From positions 1 through 64,000 of IMG/VR virus record IMGVR_UViG_3300037485_001282: 64,000 bases of DNA; one strand, written 5' to 3'. This DNA is from a virus. Every line of letters starts with the position of its first letter. Position 1 is the stretch's first letter. A program made the position numbers and the translations under genes. Shown in pieces: positions 7,799 to 20,100 of this stretch. Under the pieces are notes generated by a model. The model did no database searches. It worked only from the letters and a program-made list of their open reading frames with translations, and was not told where the DNA came from.

Positions 7799-8761
7799 TC
7801 AAGTTACTGTAATTAACTTACAGGATCTCAAAGCAGATAGATCTTTACCCCCAGCGTAGCTAATAGCTGATTGAAGATCCTCTTGAATTTCCTTAAGTAA
7901 ATGGGTCATGTCGCCTTTATAGTCCATTAGGATTTTCTTTCCCTCTACTCTTGAATATGTTTTCTTATTATGTTCACTCGCTGATCCGTAATAAACACAT
8001 TTCATATGACCGTCAATTTCAATTTTCTCTGATGAACTCTGGTCATATGAATTAAATAAGGAACCAGCCATCACAAGATCAGCGCCTATAGCAAGAGCAA
8101 CCGAAAGATCACCATGATGTTCTATTCCACCATCTAGGATTATTGGTTTTTTTGCAACTTGTGCTATATCAATTCCACAGGATACCATTCCTCTGTAAAC
8201 CTTTGTCTTTAAACGGGTTATGCAACTTTTCCCCGCGCCGATTCCTGCTTTTGTTGCGTCTGCTCCCCAACTTTCAATAGCAACACATGCTTCTGGAGTA
8301 TTGTAATTCCCAACAGTCAAAAAAGTATTAGGAAAATTGTCTTTAAAATACTTAGTCATGTTCTCTGCTTTAGGCGAATAAGCATACGCAATATCTAAAG
8401 TAGCGTAATGTAACTCTTTTTCCAGTCCAGCGGCTTTAATCTCTCTAAGTTGCTTATAAGTATCTTCATTAACACCTATGGAGATACTTGTGAAGTGACC
8501 ATTTGATCTCATGTAGTCTATGAATTCAATTTGATTTACACCAAATCGATGCATTACGTAGTACCATCCATTATCAGCGAAGAACTTACAAGTTTCCATA
8601 TTGACAACTGCTGGCATATTAGCAGCAACTACAGGAACTTTGAATTTTCTTCCCCCAAAGATAACCGAAGTATCACATTCACTTCTAGAACCTACAATGC
8701 ACTTATTAGGAACTAGATAAACGTCAGAGTAGTTATATTCTCTTTTAATTTGGATTTCCAT
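7799..8761 (-). CDS. guaC: GMP reductase (GuaC type 2, IMPDH/GMPR family)
   Basis: YSDVYLVP, PVVAANM, YVMHRF, SISIGV, GIGAGKSCIT (catalytic Cys), DGGIEHHGD, MAGSLF, YYGSASEHNK, VEGKKIL, DLQSAISYAGG. Confidence 0.88.
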   Translation of the reverse strand: MEIQIKREYNYSDVYLVPNKCIVGSRSECDTSVIFGGRKFKVPVVAANMPAVVNMETCKFFADNGWYYVMHRFGVNQIEFIDYMRSNGHFTSISIGVNEDTYKQLREIKAAGLEKELHYATLDIAYAYSPKAENMTKYFKDNFPNTFLTVGNYNTPEACVAIESWGADATKAGIGAGKSCITRLKTKVYRGMVSCGIDIAQVAKKPIILDGGIEHHGDLSVALAIGADLVMAGSLFNSYDQSSSEKIEIDGHMKCVYYGSASEHNKKTYSRVEGKKILMDYKGDMTHLLKEIQEDLQSAISYAGGKDLSALRSCKLITVT

Positions 8762-8776
8762 TTAAGTTCCTTTTAG

Positions 8777-9397
8777 TTAACAAAGATTCTCAAAGGCACA
8801 ATCGACCATTAGTTCAATTGCTGCTAGTTCTGGAATAGTATATAATGGTTTCTCAAATTGTCTAGATCCGAAAGATACTAACGGGAAATGTTTAGTTTCA
8901 TAAACTCCATATGTCTTAAGGTAGTACAATTCACTTTTAATGTCTTCTTTGTTCGTCGGATGTCTTACTGGATCTGTATATAGCAAATTTGATTTCTTTT
9001 TACATTTTCTATATAACTTAAGTTTCTCTTCGTTACTAAGACCTTTAAGTGGTTTTTTTGTCCACTCTACTTTCCCGCTATGAAATAGTTTCCACAGTGC
9101 AAATGCTTTTATTCTTTGATTGTCAAACCAATGATAGTTTCCATAAACCATTAAATAATGCATTGCTCTAGCTACTTCGTTTTTAATATTGGAAATATAG
9201 TCTTTTTCGGTTTTTTCTTTATTTCGATCATCTAAATAAACTTTTTTAAGATTAACTTGACCACACAAAAAATAATTCCAACTGAATTTTGGTCCATAAG
9301 GATAATAGTTTAGAATATCTAGTTTATGAAAATGTTCATCTACGAGTCTAGAGAACTCTTTAGTAACGTGATTATATTTTTCTGGATCTGGTTTCAT
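8777..9397 (-). CDS. Hypothetical protein
   Basis: 206-aa ORF with AAGGAACT RBS. Confidence 0.7.
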   Translation of the reverse strand: MKPDPEKYNHVTKEFSRLVDEHFHKLDILNYYPYGPKFSWNYFLCGQVNLKKVYLDDRNKEKTEKDYISNIKNEVARAMHYLMVYGNYHWFDNQRIKAFALWKLFHSGKVEWTKKPLKGLSNEEKLKLYRKCKKKSNLLYTDPVRHPTNKEDIKSELYYLKTYGVYETKHFPLVSFGSRQFEKPLYTIPELAAIELMVDCAFENLC

Positions 9398-9437
9398 TTA
9401 AGTTCCTTATAGTAACTCATTAAGAGTTACCATCGTT

Positions 9438-10262
9438 TCATTGAGTTACTATCTTGCGGCGAATCCAGATAGGAATGATACCAAAGAGCCAATAGGTAGA
9501 AACTTGAGTTACTGGTTTAGTTTCTGAAGTGGGACGTTGTATTGCATTTAATTTTGCAGCTACTTCCGCCCACGCTTCTTTTTTATCTTCCGTATATCCT
9601 ATAGCAGCATCTACTTCTTTATTAACCTTTTCCTCAATTTTTTGTCCACGGCAATCATAAAAATCTGGAGTCTCTTTCGCAATACTTTCCTTAAATTCTT
9701 CCGAAAGTCCTCTTTTTGAATTAATATATTTTCTACAGAGGTTAATGTCTCTTTCTATATTAGTAGTTCCTAAAGATGAAATAATGGCACTTCCCTCAAA
9801 CTTAGTAATTGACTTATCAATGGCTTTCTTGTCCGCTTCGGGTAACCTACCGAAAGTCACAGAATCAGTAACTATTGTAGATACATTATTGGAGCTATCA
9901 TATTTAACTGAAACATTTAAATCATTCTTTAATAAACTAATTATCTCTGTTCTATTTGTTTTTTCGTCTAGAAAATTAATCAAAGATGTCATCTTATCTT
10001 CCGCTTCCATGAGATTAAGGGAAGGAGCAGGAATCCAATTTTTAAAAACTGTTCGATTTCCTTTGAGGATTCTTTTTAATGTAGAAAAGATAATAGCTTC
10101 TGAATCGGTTGACACATGCTCTCTTTTCATCAATTTAGTAATAAGATACTTTTCATAGTCACTTAGAGTAAAAGCATAAGCGTACTTAGTCGTAGTTTCT
10201 ACTTTAGACCCTACATTTGGATGTTTTTTCATTTGAGTTCCTTTGGTGATTATTTTAGCCAC
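9438..10262 (-). CDS. Hypothetical protein (alternative start 10232)
   Basis: 274-aa ORF; C-terminal YWLFGIIPIW. Confidence 0.7.
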   Translation of the reverse strand: MAKIITKGTQMKKHPNVGSKVETTTKYAYAFTLSDYEKYLITKLMKREHVSTDSEAIIFSTLKRILKGNRTVFKNWIPAPSLNLMEAEDKMTSLINFLDEKTNRTEIISLLKNDLNVSVKYDSSNNVSTIVTDSVTFGRLPEADKKAIDKSITKFEGSAIISSLGTTNIERDINLCRKYINSKRGLSEEFKESIAKETPDFYDCRGQKIEEKVNKEVDAAIGYTEDKKEAWAEVAAKLNAIQRPTSETKPVTQVSTYWLFGIIPIWIRRKIVTQ

Positions 10263-10290
10263 TTAAATTAAAATTCAAGACAATTCTCTA

Positions 10291-10614
10291 TTATTCCCAT
10301 GGATAATTCTTTTTTGGTGGACACTTTAATGACTTTAAAATAAAATTAATAACATCTTCTCGGGTTTCTAAGTTATGTCTATCAGAAAAATCATAGTATC
10401 TTTCGTTATCAATATCAGTTAGGCACTGCACAATAACATACTTATCAGCCACTTTAATTGCCTTTAAAGTTAAAAATTTTCCTATATGTACCCAAAACTC
10501 ACCATGGTCTTCAGTTCCTATATTGACCTGTATAGGAAATACATAGAAACTATCGCCACTAATAGAATGAGTTATCTGCATTCCATCTTCTTCTAAGTGC
10601 ATGTCTTCAAGCAT
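10291..10614 (-). CDS. Hypothetical protein
   Basis: 107-aa ORF with AAGGAACT RBS. Confidence 0.65.
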   Translation of the reverse strand: MLEDMHLEEDGMQITHSISGDSFYVFPIQVNIGTEDHGEFWVHIGKFLTLKAIKVADKYVIVQCLTDIDNERYYDFSDRHNLETREDVINFILKSLKCPPKKNYPWE

Positions 10615-10725
10615 CTTTAAGTTCCTTTTTAGTACCTTCTAAGTTGATTTCTAGGCGCTTAGGCGACAAAAGCAACTCAAAGGTACTTCGAGTGCCTTTA
10701 AGTCACTAAAAGTTCCTATAAGCCT

Positions 10726-10959
10726 CTATTTTCCACCAAAGATGCCCGAGAAGGGATTATCTTTCCCAAACATTTGCTCAAAGGGATTCGGATTATCCTT
10801 TTCTTTAAGTTTCTTTAAGTAATCTATAGTTTCTTCTGGGGAAATATTAAAAACTTCTCGGATCCTAGAGTCAACGTGGGCAACCAAGTCGCTATTAGTT
10901 CCTTCAACGTAAATGATTACCTCTGAGCCAGATTTGTGCTTTAAGATTATTTTAGCCAC
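10726..10959 (-). CDS. Hypothetical protein
   Basis: 77-aa ORF, first gene after the promoter; NPF repeats at the C-terminus. Confidence 0.65.
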   Translation of the reverse strand: MAKIILKHKSGSEVIIYVEGTNSDLVAHVDSRIREVFNISPEETIDYLKKLKEKDNPNPFEQMFGKDNPFSGIFGGK

Positions 10960-10978
10960 TTTTAGTTCCTTTATAGGA

Positions 10979-11006
10979 ATTATACAAAGTTGCTTTTTAA
11001 AGTCAA
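10979..11006 (-). promoter_or_regulatory. sigma70-like promoter TTGACT-N16-TATAAT
   Basis: TTGACTTTAAAAAGCAACTTTGTATAATTCCTAT; near-identical frame to the promoter upstream of the ligase. Confidence 0.75.
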
Positions 11007-11058
11007 TAGCAACTCTAAAGTTCCTACTACTAGGAACTTAGAATCCTATTTTAATTCC

Positions 11059-11066
11059 TATAAATA
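11059..11066 (+). promoter_or_regulatory. T4-type late promoter TATAAATA
   Basis: 18 nt upstream of the only plus-strand gene in this region; GAGGA RBS follows. Confidence 0.65.
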
Positions 11067-11084
11067 GGAACTTAGAGGAACTTT

Positions 11085-11606
11085 ATGTGGCTTAATAAAT
11101 TTCAAGAGGCTTATAGTTTATTAAATGAATTTAAGTATCGCCAAGTTACTGAAACTGACCGTGAAGTGACTTATAGATTTAATACTAGCAAATACGAGTA
11201 CGAAGTTGCTTTTGAAAATACTAGTCACGGTTGGGAACTTATTTTTGGGGTTTTGGTGGACGGTAGGATAGATACTAGAAAAATGGTAGGTAGTCCATCA
11301 GAAATAATGGAAGTTTTGACCACAATTTATAAAGAGATTTTAAGAGACTTTATAGGTTCCCATATTGAAAATGAGGATCCATTAGTTATTATCCGAGTTC
11401 CACAATGTTTGGAGGGGGAATCAGAGAATACCAATCCGTTTGAAAGAAAAAGAGGTAGAGTTTCAACTAGAATAGTTAAAGATGATATATCTTCAAACAA
11501 CTTTTATAAGAGATTTAATGTTACTTGGGAAGTCTCTAAATTTCTTCCATTAAGCATTTTAATGATAGTTGAAAAAATTCAGACACATTCTGACGATAAC
11601 CCGTGA
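11085..11606 (+). CDS. Hypothetical protein, possible internal head protein
   Basis: 173-aa ORF with late promoter and RBS; N-terminal FQE/LNE motifs. Confidence 0.7.
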   Translation: MWLNKFQEAYSLLNEFKYRQVTETDREVTYRFNTSKYEYEVAFENTSHGWELIFGVLVDGRIDTRKMVGSPSEIMEVLTTIYKEILRDFIGSHIENEDPLVIIRVPQCLEGESENTNPFERKRGRVSTRIVKDDISSNNFYKRFNVTWEVSKFLPLSILMIVEKIQTHSDDNP

Positions 11607-12370
11607 CCAAGATCAACTGAACTAGAGGAACTAGATTCACTTGAAGTAAATTTAAAGCAACCATGGCGACAGTTATTATTGTCGAATGATATTTTAATAG
11701 TTCCTCTATCGGTTTTTTCGACTTTTATACATTCGCTTCCTATTATTGATTTTAGCATTAATTTAGCGGTATAAAGTTCATTGTCTATTACTTTGTCGTC
11801 TATTAGAGAAACTGACCTTTTATTCCATAAAGGATCCGAAATGGGATTATCTTTTAATGTATAGTCTCTTCTTTTAATTACTATATTTCCGTTATCATCG
11901 GTAATGTTATTGTCATCACATTCTTTATTATCTATATAGTCTGGATCAACAATATTTTGCTTACCGTCCCACAAGAATCTAGATTTTGTGTTTGATTTTA
12001 TTAGAACCGATCCATCGGACGTTAATGTTTTAAATTTTACTGTTAAAGTAAATTTATTATCGTTTTTTTCTATTTCTTTGAAAATCTCATAAGTATTTGT
12101 TGGTGCGTTTGTTTTTATCGATGAATCAAAATTATACCATCTAGTATCCAAGTAAATATACGGATCTGTCTCTGTTGCTGGTGTTATTTTTATGTTTTTA
12201 CCGCCAATAATGGTAGCGAAAATAAACACATCATGGCAATTTTTCTGTACTTGGTGTGGAAATTTTGAAGTCTGCGCCCCGAACACTCCAGCAACAGTGG
12301 ATTTACCCAAGTATGTATATGCGGGAGTTGATGGATTTTTTGCTTGATATACTTTAAACTCGAAAGCCAT
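11579..12370 (-). CDS. Hypothetical protein, probably structural
   Basis: 263-aa ORF, last gene of the baseplate operon. Confidence 0.7.
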   Translation of the reverse strand: MAFEFKVYQAKNPSTPAYTYLGKSTVAGVFGAQTSKFPHQVQKNCHDVFIFATIIGGKNIKITPATETDPYIYLDTRWYNFDSSIKTNAPTNTYEIFKEIEKNDNKFTLTVKFKTLTSDGSVLIKSNTKSRFLWDGKQNIVDPDYIDNKECDDNNITDDNGNIVIKRRDYTLKDNPISDPLWNKRSVSLIDDKVIDNELYTAKLMLKSIIGSECIKVEKTDRGTIKISFDNNNCRHGCFKFTSSESSSSSSVDLGHGLSSECV

Positions 12371-12373
12371 GGG

Positions 12374-12805
12374 TTATCCGATTCTTTTTATTATTACTTT
12401 AATAGTCATTTTTCTAGATAAGTAAAGAGTTACATCGTTTTCGGAAGGTACTATAGAATCAACTAAAATTAATGTATTGGATGAATCATATACATTAACC
12501 TGAATTCCTAAAGGAAATATATTATTGGTGTCATTTAATGATGTCAATTGCCAGTTATGTGGTATGGTTATGTAGTACCCAACTTGACCATAAGAGTCAA
12601 AATAGCTAGTCCACCCAGAATCTGTATTTTCGATAAAAACCATTAGAGCGGGATCTATGGATATATTTCCAGAAACTAGATCTCTAAGTCTTACCAAAGG
12701 AACATAAGGATCAGAGAGAGTCATATCTCCTTGTGGTGATATTCCTATTTTATTGCTTGTATCTCCGATAATGATTTCACTAGTTGAGAAAGGGGTTAGT
12801 GACAT
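12374..12805 (-). CDS. Putative tail/baseplate-associated protein
   Basis: 143 aa; N-terminus resembles those of the 429-aa and 2478-aa neighbours; C-terminal ITIPHNW beta module. Confidence 0.65.
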   Translation of the reverse strand: MSLTPFSTSEIIIGDTSNKIGISPQGDMTLSDPYVPLVRLRDLVSGNISIDPALMVFIENTDSGWTSYFDSYGQVGYYITIPHNWQLTSLNDTNNIFPLGIQVNVYDSSNTLILVDSIVPSENDVTLYLSRKMTIKVIIKRIG

Positions 12806-12814
12806 AAAAATTCC

Positions 12815-14104
12815 TTAGTTATTTAATAAAATGACTGTCCAGTCAATATTGCCAATAAATTCTTTTGAGGTGTTAATAATAAATCCATTTTCTGTTTTAT
12901 TAGAATACCAACATTTGATATTTTTATTGGGGGTAAGTTGAATTGAGAAATTAGTATTTTCTACTGGGGTACTAAATTCGACTGAAAATGAATTTGTATT
13001 TGCGAAATCGGCAGAACCATGTTTTCTACTTAATTTGGAACTTGGGTTAACATCAAATACTATCATATCAATGCTGGACTTCGTGATAGCTTGATTTCCA
13101 ATAGCAGCGCCGATTACTCTCTCCCAATGGTTGGGGTGGTAATTTATAGCATGGAATTGTACTTTAATTATGTGCGATTGATCAGCAAATTTGTTGTTAA
13201 TGTATTTTGAGTTTGGAATGAAGCAATTAGGGTCACCCTTCACACACGTTGATGTAGAGCATCCACACGTTCCAGTTGAACATGTGCTGGATGATGTTGA
13301 ATTTGTATCATACAAGTTACCAAAGTAACTTAGAACTACTGGTCCTAATATCTTACCAGAATTTGCTTGTGTTATTGCTGTTCTTGTTAATTCTTTTCCG
13401 ATAGTTGCGTCATAAAGTCTAAAAATAATTGGTTCGGACATATTATAGCTCTGGAAAGAAATCTTGGCTAAAATATTAGCTAATTTATACGGATCTGAAA
13501 TTGGTGGAACTACTAACTCTAGATTCTGAACATCCCACCACACCCATTCACCAGTATCTGGGTTTATTGATTTTTCGTAAAATGTCATAGGTGATGGAGA
13601 TTCGCATTTACTTATATTTGACACTTCAGATAAGAATCTATCAATACTCCATAGTAAATTTATAGAGTTTGGATTATCTTTTTCTTCCTCGATTTGAATA
13701 TTGGCGCATTCGGTGTGATCTATTTCCGTTCTACCGACCCACCAAAGAGGACCAGTTATTAAGTTTCTTCTACTGGTTTGGCATAAGTTAACGATTTCTT
13801 CCAAGGAATATGCTCTACTAACTGTTCCATCTTTAAAATACATCTTTTCTATGGTTTTTGATGAATCATTTGGATCTGGAACTAACTCAACAAAGACGCC
13901 TTTATTTTTATTATATATTTCTCTTAAAGTAATAGAATCTTTTTTAAGTACGTTTTTTACATAATTATCTTTAAAAACTAAATCACCCGATTCATTAATA
14001 AATAGTCCCATCTCAATATCATCTAAGTTACTAGATAATGATTGAGTTACTGGTCCTTTCAGAACCAATCCGTTTACTGTAAATTTTTTATTATCTAAAG
14101 TCAT
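12815..14104 (-). CDS. Putative tail appendage protein with C-terminal lectin-like beta-sandwich module
   Basis: 429 aa; C-terminal HGSADF...FSIQLTPNKNIKCWYSNKTENGFII...GNIDW. Confidence 0.7.
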   Translation of the reverse strand: MTLDNKKFTVNGLVLKGPVTQSLSSNLDDIEMGLFINESGDLVFKDNYVKNVLKKDSITLREIYNKNKGVFVELVPDPNDSSKTIEKMYFKDGTVSRAYSLEEIVNLCQTSRRNLITGPLWWVGRTEIDHTECANIQIEEEKDNPNSINLLWSIDRFLSEVSNISKCESPSPMTFYEKSINPDTGEWVWWDVQNLELVVPPISDPYKLANILAKISFQSYNMSEPIIFRLYDATIGKELTRTAITQANSGKILGPVVLSYFGNLYDTNSTSSSTCSTGTCGCSTSTCVKGDPNCFIPNSKYINNKFADQSHIIKVQFHAINYHPNHWERVIGAAIGNQAITKSSIDMIVFDVNPSSKLSRKHGSADFANTNSFSVEFSTPVENTNFSIQLTPNKNIKCWYSNKTENGFIINTSKEFIGNIDWTVILLNN

Positions 14105-14106
14105 TT

Positions 14107-17100
14107 TTATAGTCCCTCATAAGTATCGAACGGAATATTATCTCTACTGCTATCATCTATATTTGATTTTACGATTCTATCGCTAAGAACAATTTGCCAA
14201 TCTACAGTTCCTGTCCAAGATGATATTCCAACAACTATAGAAAACCCATTTTCTGATTTATTTTCCCACCAAGTATTTACATTATCACTAGGTGTCAATA
14301 TAATACTGTATTTATCTTTATTCACTATTTCTTCTGGAATACTTAATTTTACATCTACACTATTAGTTCCGTTAAATATAGCGGTCCCCTGTCTTTCAAT
14401 TAGGATATTATTTGATACGTCATATAAAATGGACCCCATATTGGATTTTGATGACGAGATCTCATAATTACTAAAGAAAGGCGATAGTCCTCTCTTTGTA
14501 TAGTTTAGATTAAATGTATCTTCTAAATTGATAATAGATTTATTCCATTTAAATGTAAAGTTAGTAGTTAAATTTTCCCACCACATCTTGCTTCTATTAT
14601 TGTTACCAGCACTTGGAACCGATATTCCACCGAACACCACCGCTTTTTCTGGAGTTCCGAATGCACATTGTCCTATATAATAAGTGTTGAGTGGATTACA
14701 TAGTAACTTATCTGTCTCTGTGTGTATTAACGGAGCATCTCCACCAAGACCCACCCCATCCTGATAACGTCTCCATGAAGTTTCTACAATTTTAATATCT
14801 GATGATAATTCGTTTGTTGCGTTTGAAACGTTATTACACCCCAAATATTTCTCTATATTATGTTTAAAGAAATATTTATTATCCTTCTGTTTATCTAAAA
14901 GTGATTTTTGTGACTTCCATTCCTGAATAAAACTAGAAACCCATTCAGCATATAAGAAATGCTCGGAAGTACAAATCTCCTTTCCGCTAACAAAAGGATT
15001 TATGTAGGATTCTTCAGGATAAAAAATAGAAATATTATTATCACAGTTAATACCGAGAACCTCATATCCAGTGCTATTTTCTTTTTTGTATTCTATTCCC
15101 CCAGAATAGTCGCTATATGATAGCTTTAAAATATCGTCTATCAGTGGTTTTGTTGTTGTGTCGTTATAATAGACAGAGAAATCAAAGCTAAACTCATCAT
15201 AAAATACTCGACATGGAATTGGTGATAGTGATTGTATGTCTTCTAGATTGGAGATTTTTAGTTCCGCTGTTAGTGTCGAAAAATAAAGTTTGTTTCTATC
15301 TGGTTGACTATTAATTAACTCCCAATTCCCATTTTCTAGCCCATAACCAGCTTGTGGATCACTTACTCCTATTCTTTGTTTTCTATAATGTAAAGTAATT
15401 TCCCCGTTCTCATTAGATGCCCATATATTAGTTCCCCATCTATTATTTTTACTATTTCCAGCGGTTAACCAAACGTTAAATTCCTCCATACTGAACGCAC
15501 CAGCAAAAGGAGATTCTATAGCTGGAACGGTCCATTCCTCGTGGAAATGGTTTGTCCATTTATATTCATCTTCTGTTTTATTTGATAAGTAAGTGGAAAT
15601 ATCCGTATAACAGCTACCTAAGCAAGACTGTTTTGATAAAATACAGCACAAAAGATCGAAATATAGACTTTCTTCACATGTTGAGTGGATTAGTGGATTA
15701 AAATTACCAGACATGTTTGGTTTAAGTGATACATAAGATTTAACCATTTGTTGATTAAATTTAAATAACTTATCGGGTGATAGATGCGTATTTTCTAACC
15801 CAACTTCATAGAGATTAATATATTCTTTTCTGTCCAGATAAGGGACTTTAGGATTATCTAAAACAAAAATATCTTTTGGTTCTATTGGGTTATCGTCAAA
15901 CGATAATATTTTTATATTAAATCTAGGAACCAGATCAACTGAATTGAAAACATGGATCATCAAATCTTTACTAGAAGTTCCGTTTAATCTACCGTTAAAC
16001 TGTGTTATTTCGTTATTTTCGAATATCCCATTTGAATATAGAGGCTTTATATCTCCATATATTGGCTCAGTAGTTGGTTCTAATGTGTTTTCATCTGTTA
16101 CTATATATTTAATTTGATTCGAAACTGGAAGATTTGTATCGACTAAAAAATCATACGCATCTATGACATTATGGTCATATTCTGGTAATTTTGTCTTCAT
16201 CCATTCATTAATAGCAACTAACTTCTCTAACTTTGTTTTTCCAATAAACGGATCAATCTTTCCGTTATATACGCCGAAGTTTAATGGAATATTGGTTTTA
16301 TTTCCATATACTGGAGAGTTTTGTGAGCTAGATCTTATTGGGGAAATCTGATCATCTAAAGTACCATCACCAACTAAATTATGATACCAAACATGATTTT
16401 CTATTGCTATATCATGCTTCATCATTGGGCGAGGGGGTATTGTTAAGAATATAGTCCATAAGTTATTTTCTTGAGCAACTTTGGCTATTTCTTCCAAGAA
16501 GAAAATAGTTTCGTAGTAGTTTTTATCAAAGAGAATATCATAAAGACCCACACATACTATAGCCACATTTGGAGTAACCGATAAAGATTTATCCGTAATG
16601 TCTTTGTTGGTCATAATATCTCTCGGATTATATTTGATTCCATTTATATCTTTATATGTAAATGGATATACATTGGTCCCAGAGTTATCAACAAACTCAG
16701 TGTCTAACTTATCGGTTCCTAACGCATCTCTCTTAAATCTAGCAAATAGATTTGATGTGAACTCGGTTGCTATACTTGTATTGTACCACTCTACCCCAAA
16801 TTCTCTCATAATATTGTCCATAAAGAATTCAGGCTGACCTCTAACACCGTTATATGTTGGATCATATAAAGGCTCATTTTGTTTTGCGATGATAGATCTT
16901 AAGGTGTAACATGGATCCACCTCACCAATTAATCTAATATCGCCAATAAAAACTCCAGAATGTGGACTTAAGTTAAATTGATTATATCTAAGTCTTATTA
17001 AGTTTTCCCTAACGCCACAGAAATTTTCATTTAGTATTTGTGGTGGTATATTATATCTTACTTTATTTTGTATTTTTTTGTGCTTTGGGTTATACCATTC

Positions 17101-20100
17101 CTTTGCTGGAGTTATTGATAACGTATTTTTTCCATACGAATTTCCTTCTATATACACTTGAACTTTTTCAGTGTTATTATAATAGTTTAATTCATTTAAT
17201 AACTCACCGAGGTTACAATATTTAAATGGATAGTCTGATATTGACGTGCTATCGTACTCTTTCTTACACGCTTCGTTCCACCCGAAACTGTTAACCGATA
17301 CTTGGGAAACATCAAAATTCTGTTTATTACCGTATATATGTAAACTATTATATTTAGTATAATCAAGTCTCTGTTGTTTTACATCATCACCGAATAATCT
17401 AATTGCGTTATCTTCGCCTCTTACCGAACTATATCCAGAACTATCAACTGAAATTTTATTATCTACATATTCTAGATTATAGTCAAATTCTTTGTCTCCA
17501 TTTTTATTATATTTTGTTATAATTATTTTTTCCGTTGTAATTCCGTCATTTATAGTTACATCACTAACTACTGCTACAAAGAATGCGCCAGTTGTATCCC
17601 ATAAGAAAGTATAGTCGTTCTTAACGCATGAATTTGATGCGTCTCCTTGAAGTAAATCGTTCCAAGGCCAAAGACCAGATTTATCTCTTATTGAACTGGA
17701 TTTATTCGATGAGTCAAAAAATTTATTAAATTCAAAATAATTACTGTTATCATAGTTAATAACTGGGTAGTAATCGGATGTTTGCAAATTTATATACGGA
17801 ACGTTTATAAACTGAGAATCTGAAAAGGATTTAACAACAGAATTGAAGTTACTGAAGAAGGTGGAGTTAATATTTTTAAATTTCCCTTTACTAACTGTCC
17901 CATTTCTATAAACAATAGGATCTTCTAAAGGAACTTTAGATAACTCTGGTGTCCAGGTTCCGTCAGATAAAAGTTTTCGTTTTAAATCGATATTAATATT
18001 AAATAATTTGGATATTGAAGAAATCCCCCCTGGCATCAGAGTGAAATTTATATTATCGTTTTCAAAATACTTTATAACCCGTTTTGTTTTAAATATATTA
18101 TTCCAGTCTTCAACGAAAATATGTGTTCCATCACTATAACTATCTTTTGTAGTTAAGAATTGATTTAATCCTTCGCTCTTTGGTCCAACGAAAAAGGTAT
18201 GTGTATTTGGATTGTTATTATCGATACTAAACCCGAAACTATGGTTATTTCTATCTGAATATGATATTCCATCATAGTTAATATTTTTTGGATCAAATAA
18301 CGATTCACCAAAAGAAGGACGACTCCATAGCCACATTCCACCATTAGTTGGGTGGCCTGCGTAATTATAAGATATATTATTTAAGAAATTATTTTTTCGT
18401 GGATAGTGACAAACAGGAAATTCCTGGTTATCGTCATATGGGTTGTATGTGTCCTTAAATTGTTCTGCATTTAAATTGGAATATAATGCAAATTTTCCAG
18501 TTTTTGAAATCGACGAGTCACTCGCTATATCCTCAAAAATGTTTAATTCTTCGTGTTTCGATGGACCACTATTACTATCTTCGTTGTTTAATAAACGAGA
18601 TTCCCCATCAGAAAAAACGGTAGTTTTTATTATATTTGTTTTAATCGACTTACTTGTTATCCCAAAGAAACTGAAGTAATTATATATACTTTCTTTAAAT
18701 TTTTCCAAAGTTATTATAGTTATTTTACCAGAAATTAAATCAAACTCTAAATCTTTTGGACCCTTAATTACACTATCACTTATTAAATCTATTGTTATTT
18801 TATATTGATTTGGTGCATAATAAATTGTATTATATTCGATAGTTATAGTAGAAACTCTATTTGAATATATTCTCTTGTTTGGAAATGTAAACTCTGGATC
18901 AGCATAATTACTGAAAGATTTAATTAATGGATATTCTGATTGTATGGTTGGAAGGTTATTGTTAGTATATTCGGAAGAATATATTACTCCAAGATTGGAA
19001 GTATCTCGTAAGTCTCTGGTTTTATAATATGTGTTACCGTAACTATCGGAAAAGCCATAAGACTTGGAATCAATTAGAGAAGAAAAGTGACTGAACTGAA
19101 TATTTCCATTTAATCCAACGCTTCCGTTTTTATGAAAAGAACCACCGAACGTTCTAATCATAGAATCCCAATCTTCACAGTTCCTAATAGTAGTGTTCAC
19201 ATTGGGGTTCTCTAGTGTAGAATGGATTCCACCAAAAAATACGGAATTTTCTAAATTACCGACACCAACATGATAATAGACTGATTCTGGTAAATTTTCT
19301 TTTCTAATCCAAGTTATTCCATTATTTTCATATGTATAAGGAACTACCGATAAGTTATTTTCATTGAAATTATTAATATCTAAATAATAATTTCGCATAT
19401 TTGTTTTAACATTATTGGTGGTACTTATTAGAGAATTTCCTGTTTTCCCTCCCGTAGCCAGACCACTATTATTGTCCCCAACGTAGGCAACTCCAAATGC
19501 TTTTATTGGATATTTCCTGTATGGGTCAATGTTCCAGCAACCATATGCGTTTTCTTCTTGGGTTGTTTCTATATCTGGATTTGATGTGTTTTTTATTATT
19601 TTTATCCAACTTATTTTTTCAAATTCATCTGATAATATATTATCCGAAACGTGATCTAATCTAATATGGTTATCGGTGGAACCACAGAAAGAAATACCAT
19701 TAGTCTGCCAAATATTAAACCATACTCTGGGTTTGACATTTGGTACTTCTAACTCGGTGTTGTTAGAAAAAGTCTGAGACGCAAATTGTTTGGCTTTTGA
19801 AATAGCTTCGGCGCATATTTCCACATTGTTCGAATCTAGTATGGAATCAATGCTTTCCCCAGCTTTTGATTCTTTGTATGATATATTTAAGTATCCAGAT
19901 ATACTATGTTTACTTATCGGTGGGGTAACATCGTTTACAACCTTCCACGACTCTATACCAAGATAAGAGGACAGAATTAGTGATTTTTGTGGAAACGAAT
20001 GTGAAGATGGAGTGAAACTATTTTCGAATGTCTTATCTGACGGATCCCAAATATTATTAATTCCTTGTGATATTATACCAGTAGTAGAATTCCCACCAGA

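Noticed and set aside
5644-7799. Short direct repeats as a CRISPR array
   Set aside because: Only two or three copies, hundreds of bases apart, coding and located at gene junctions.
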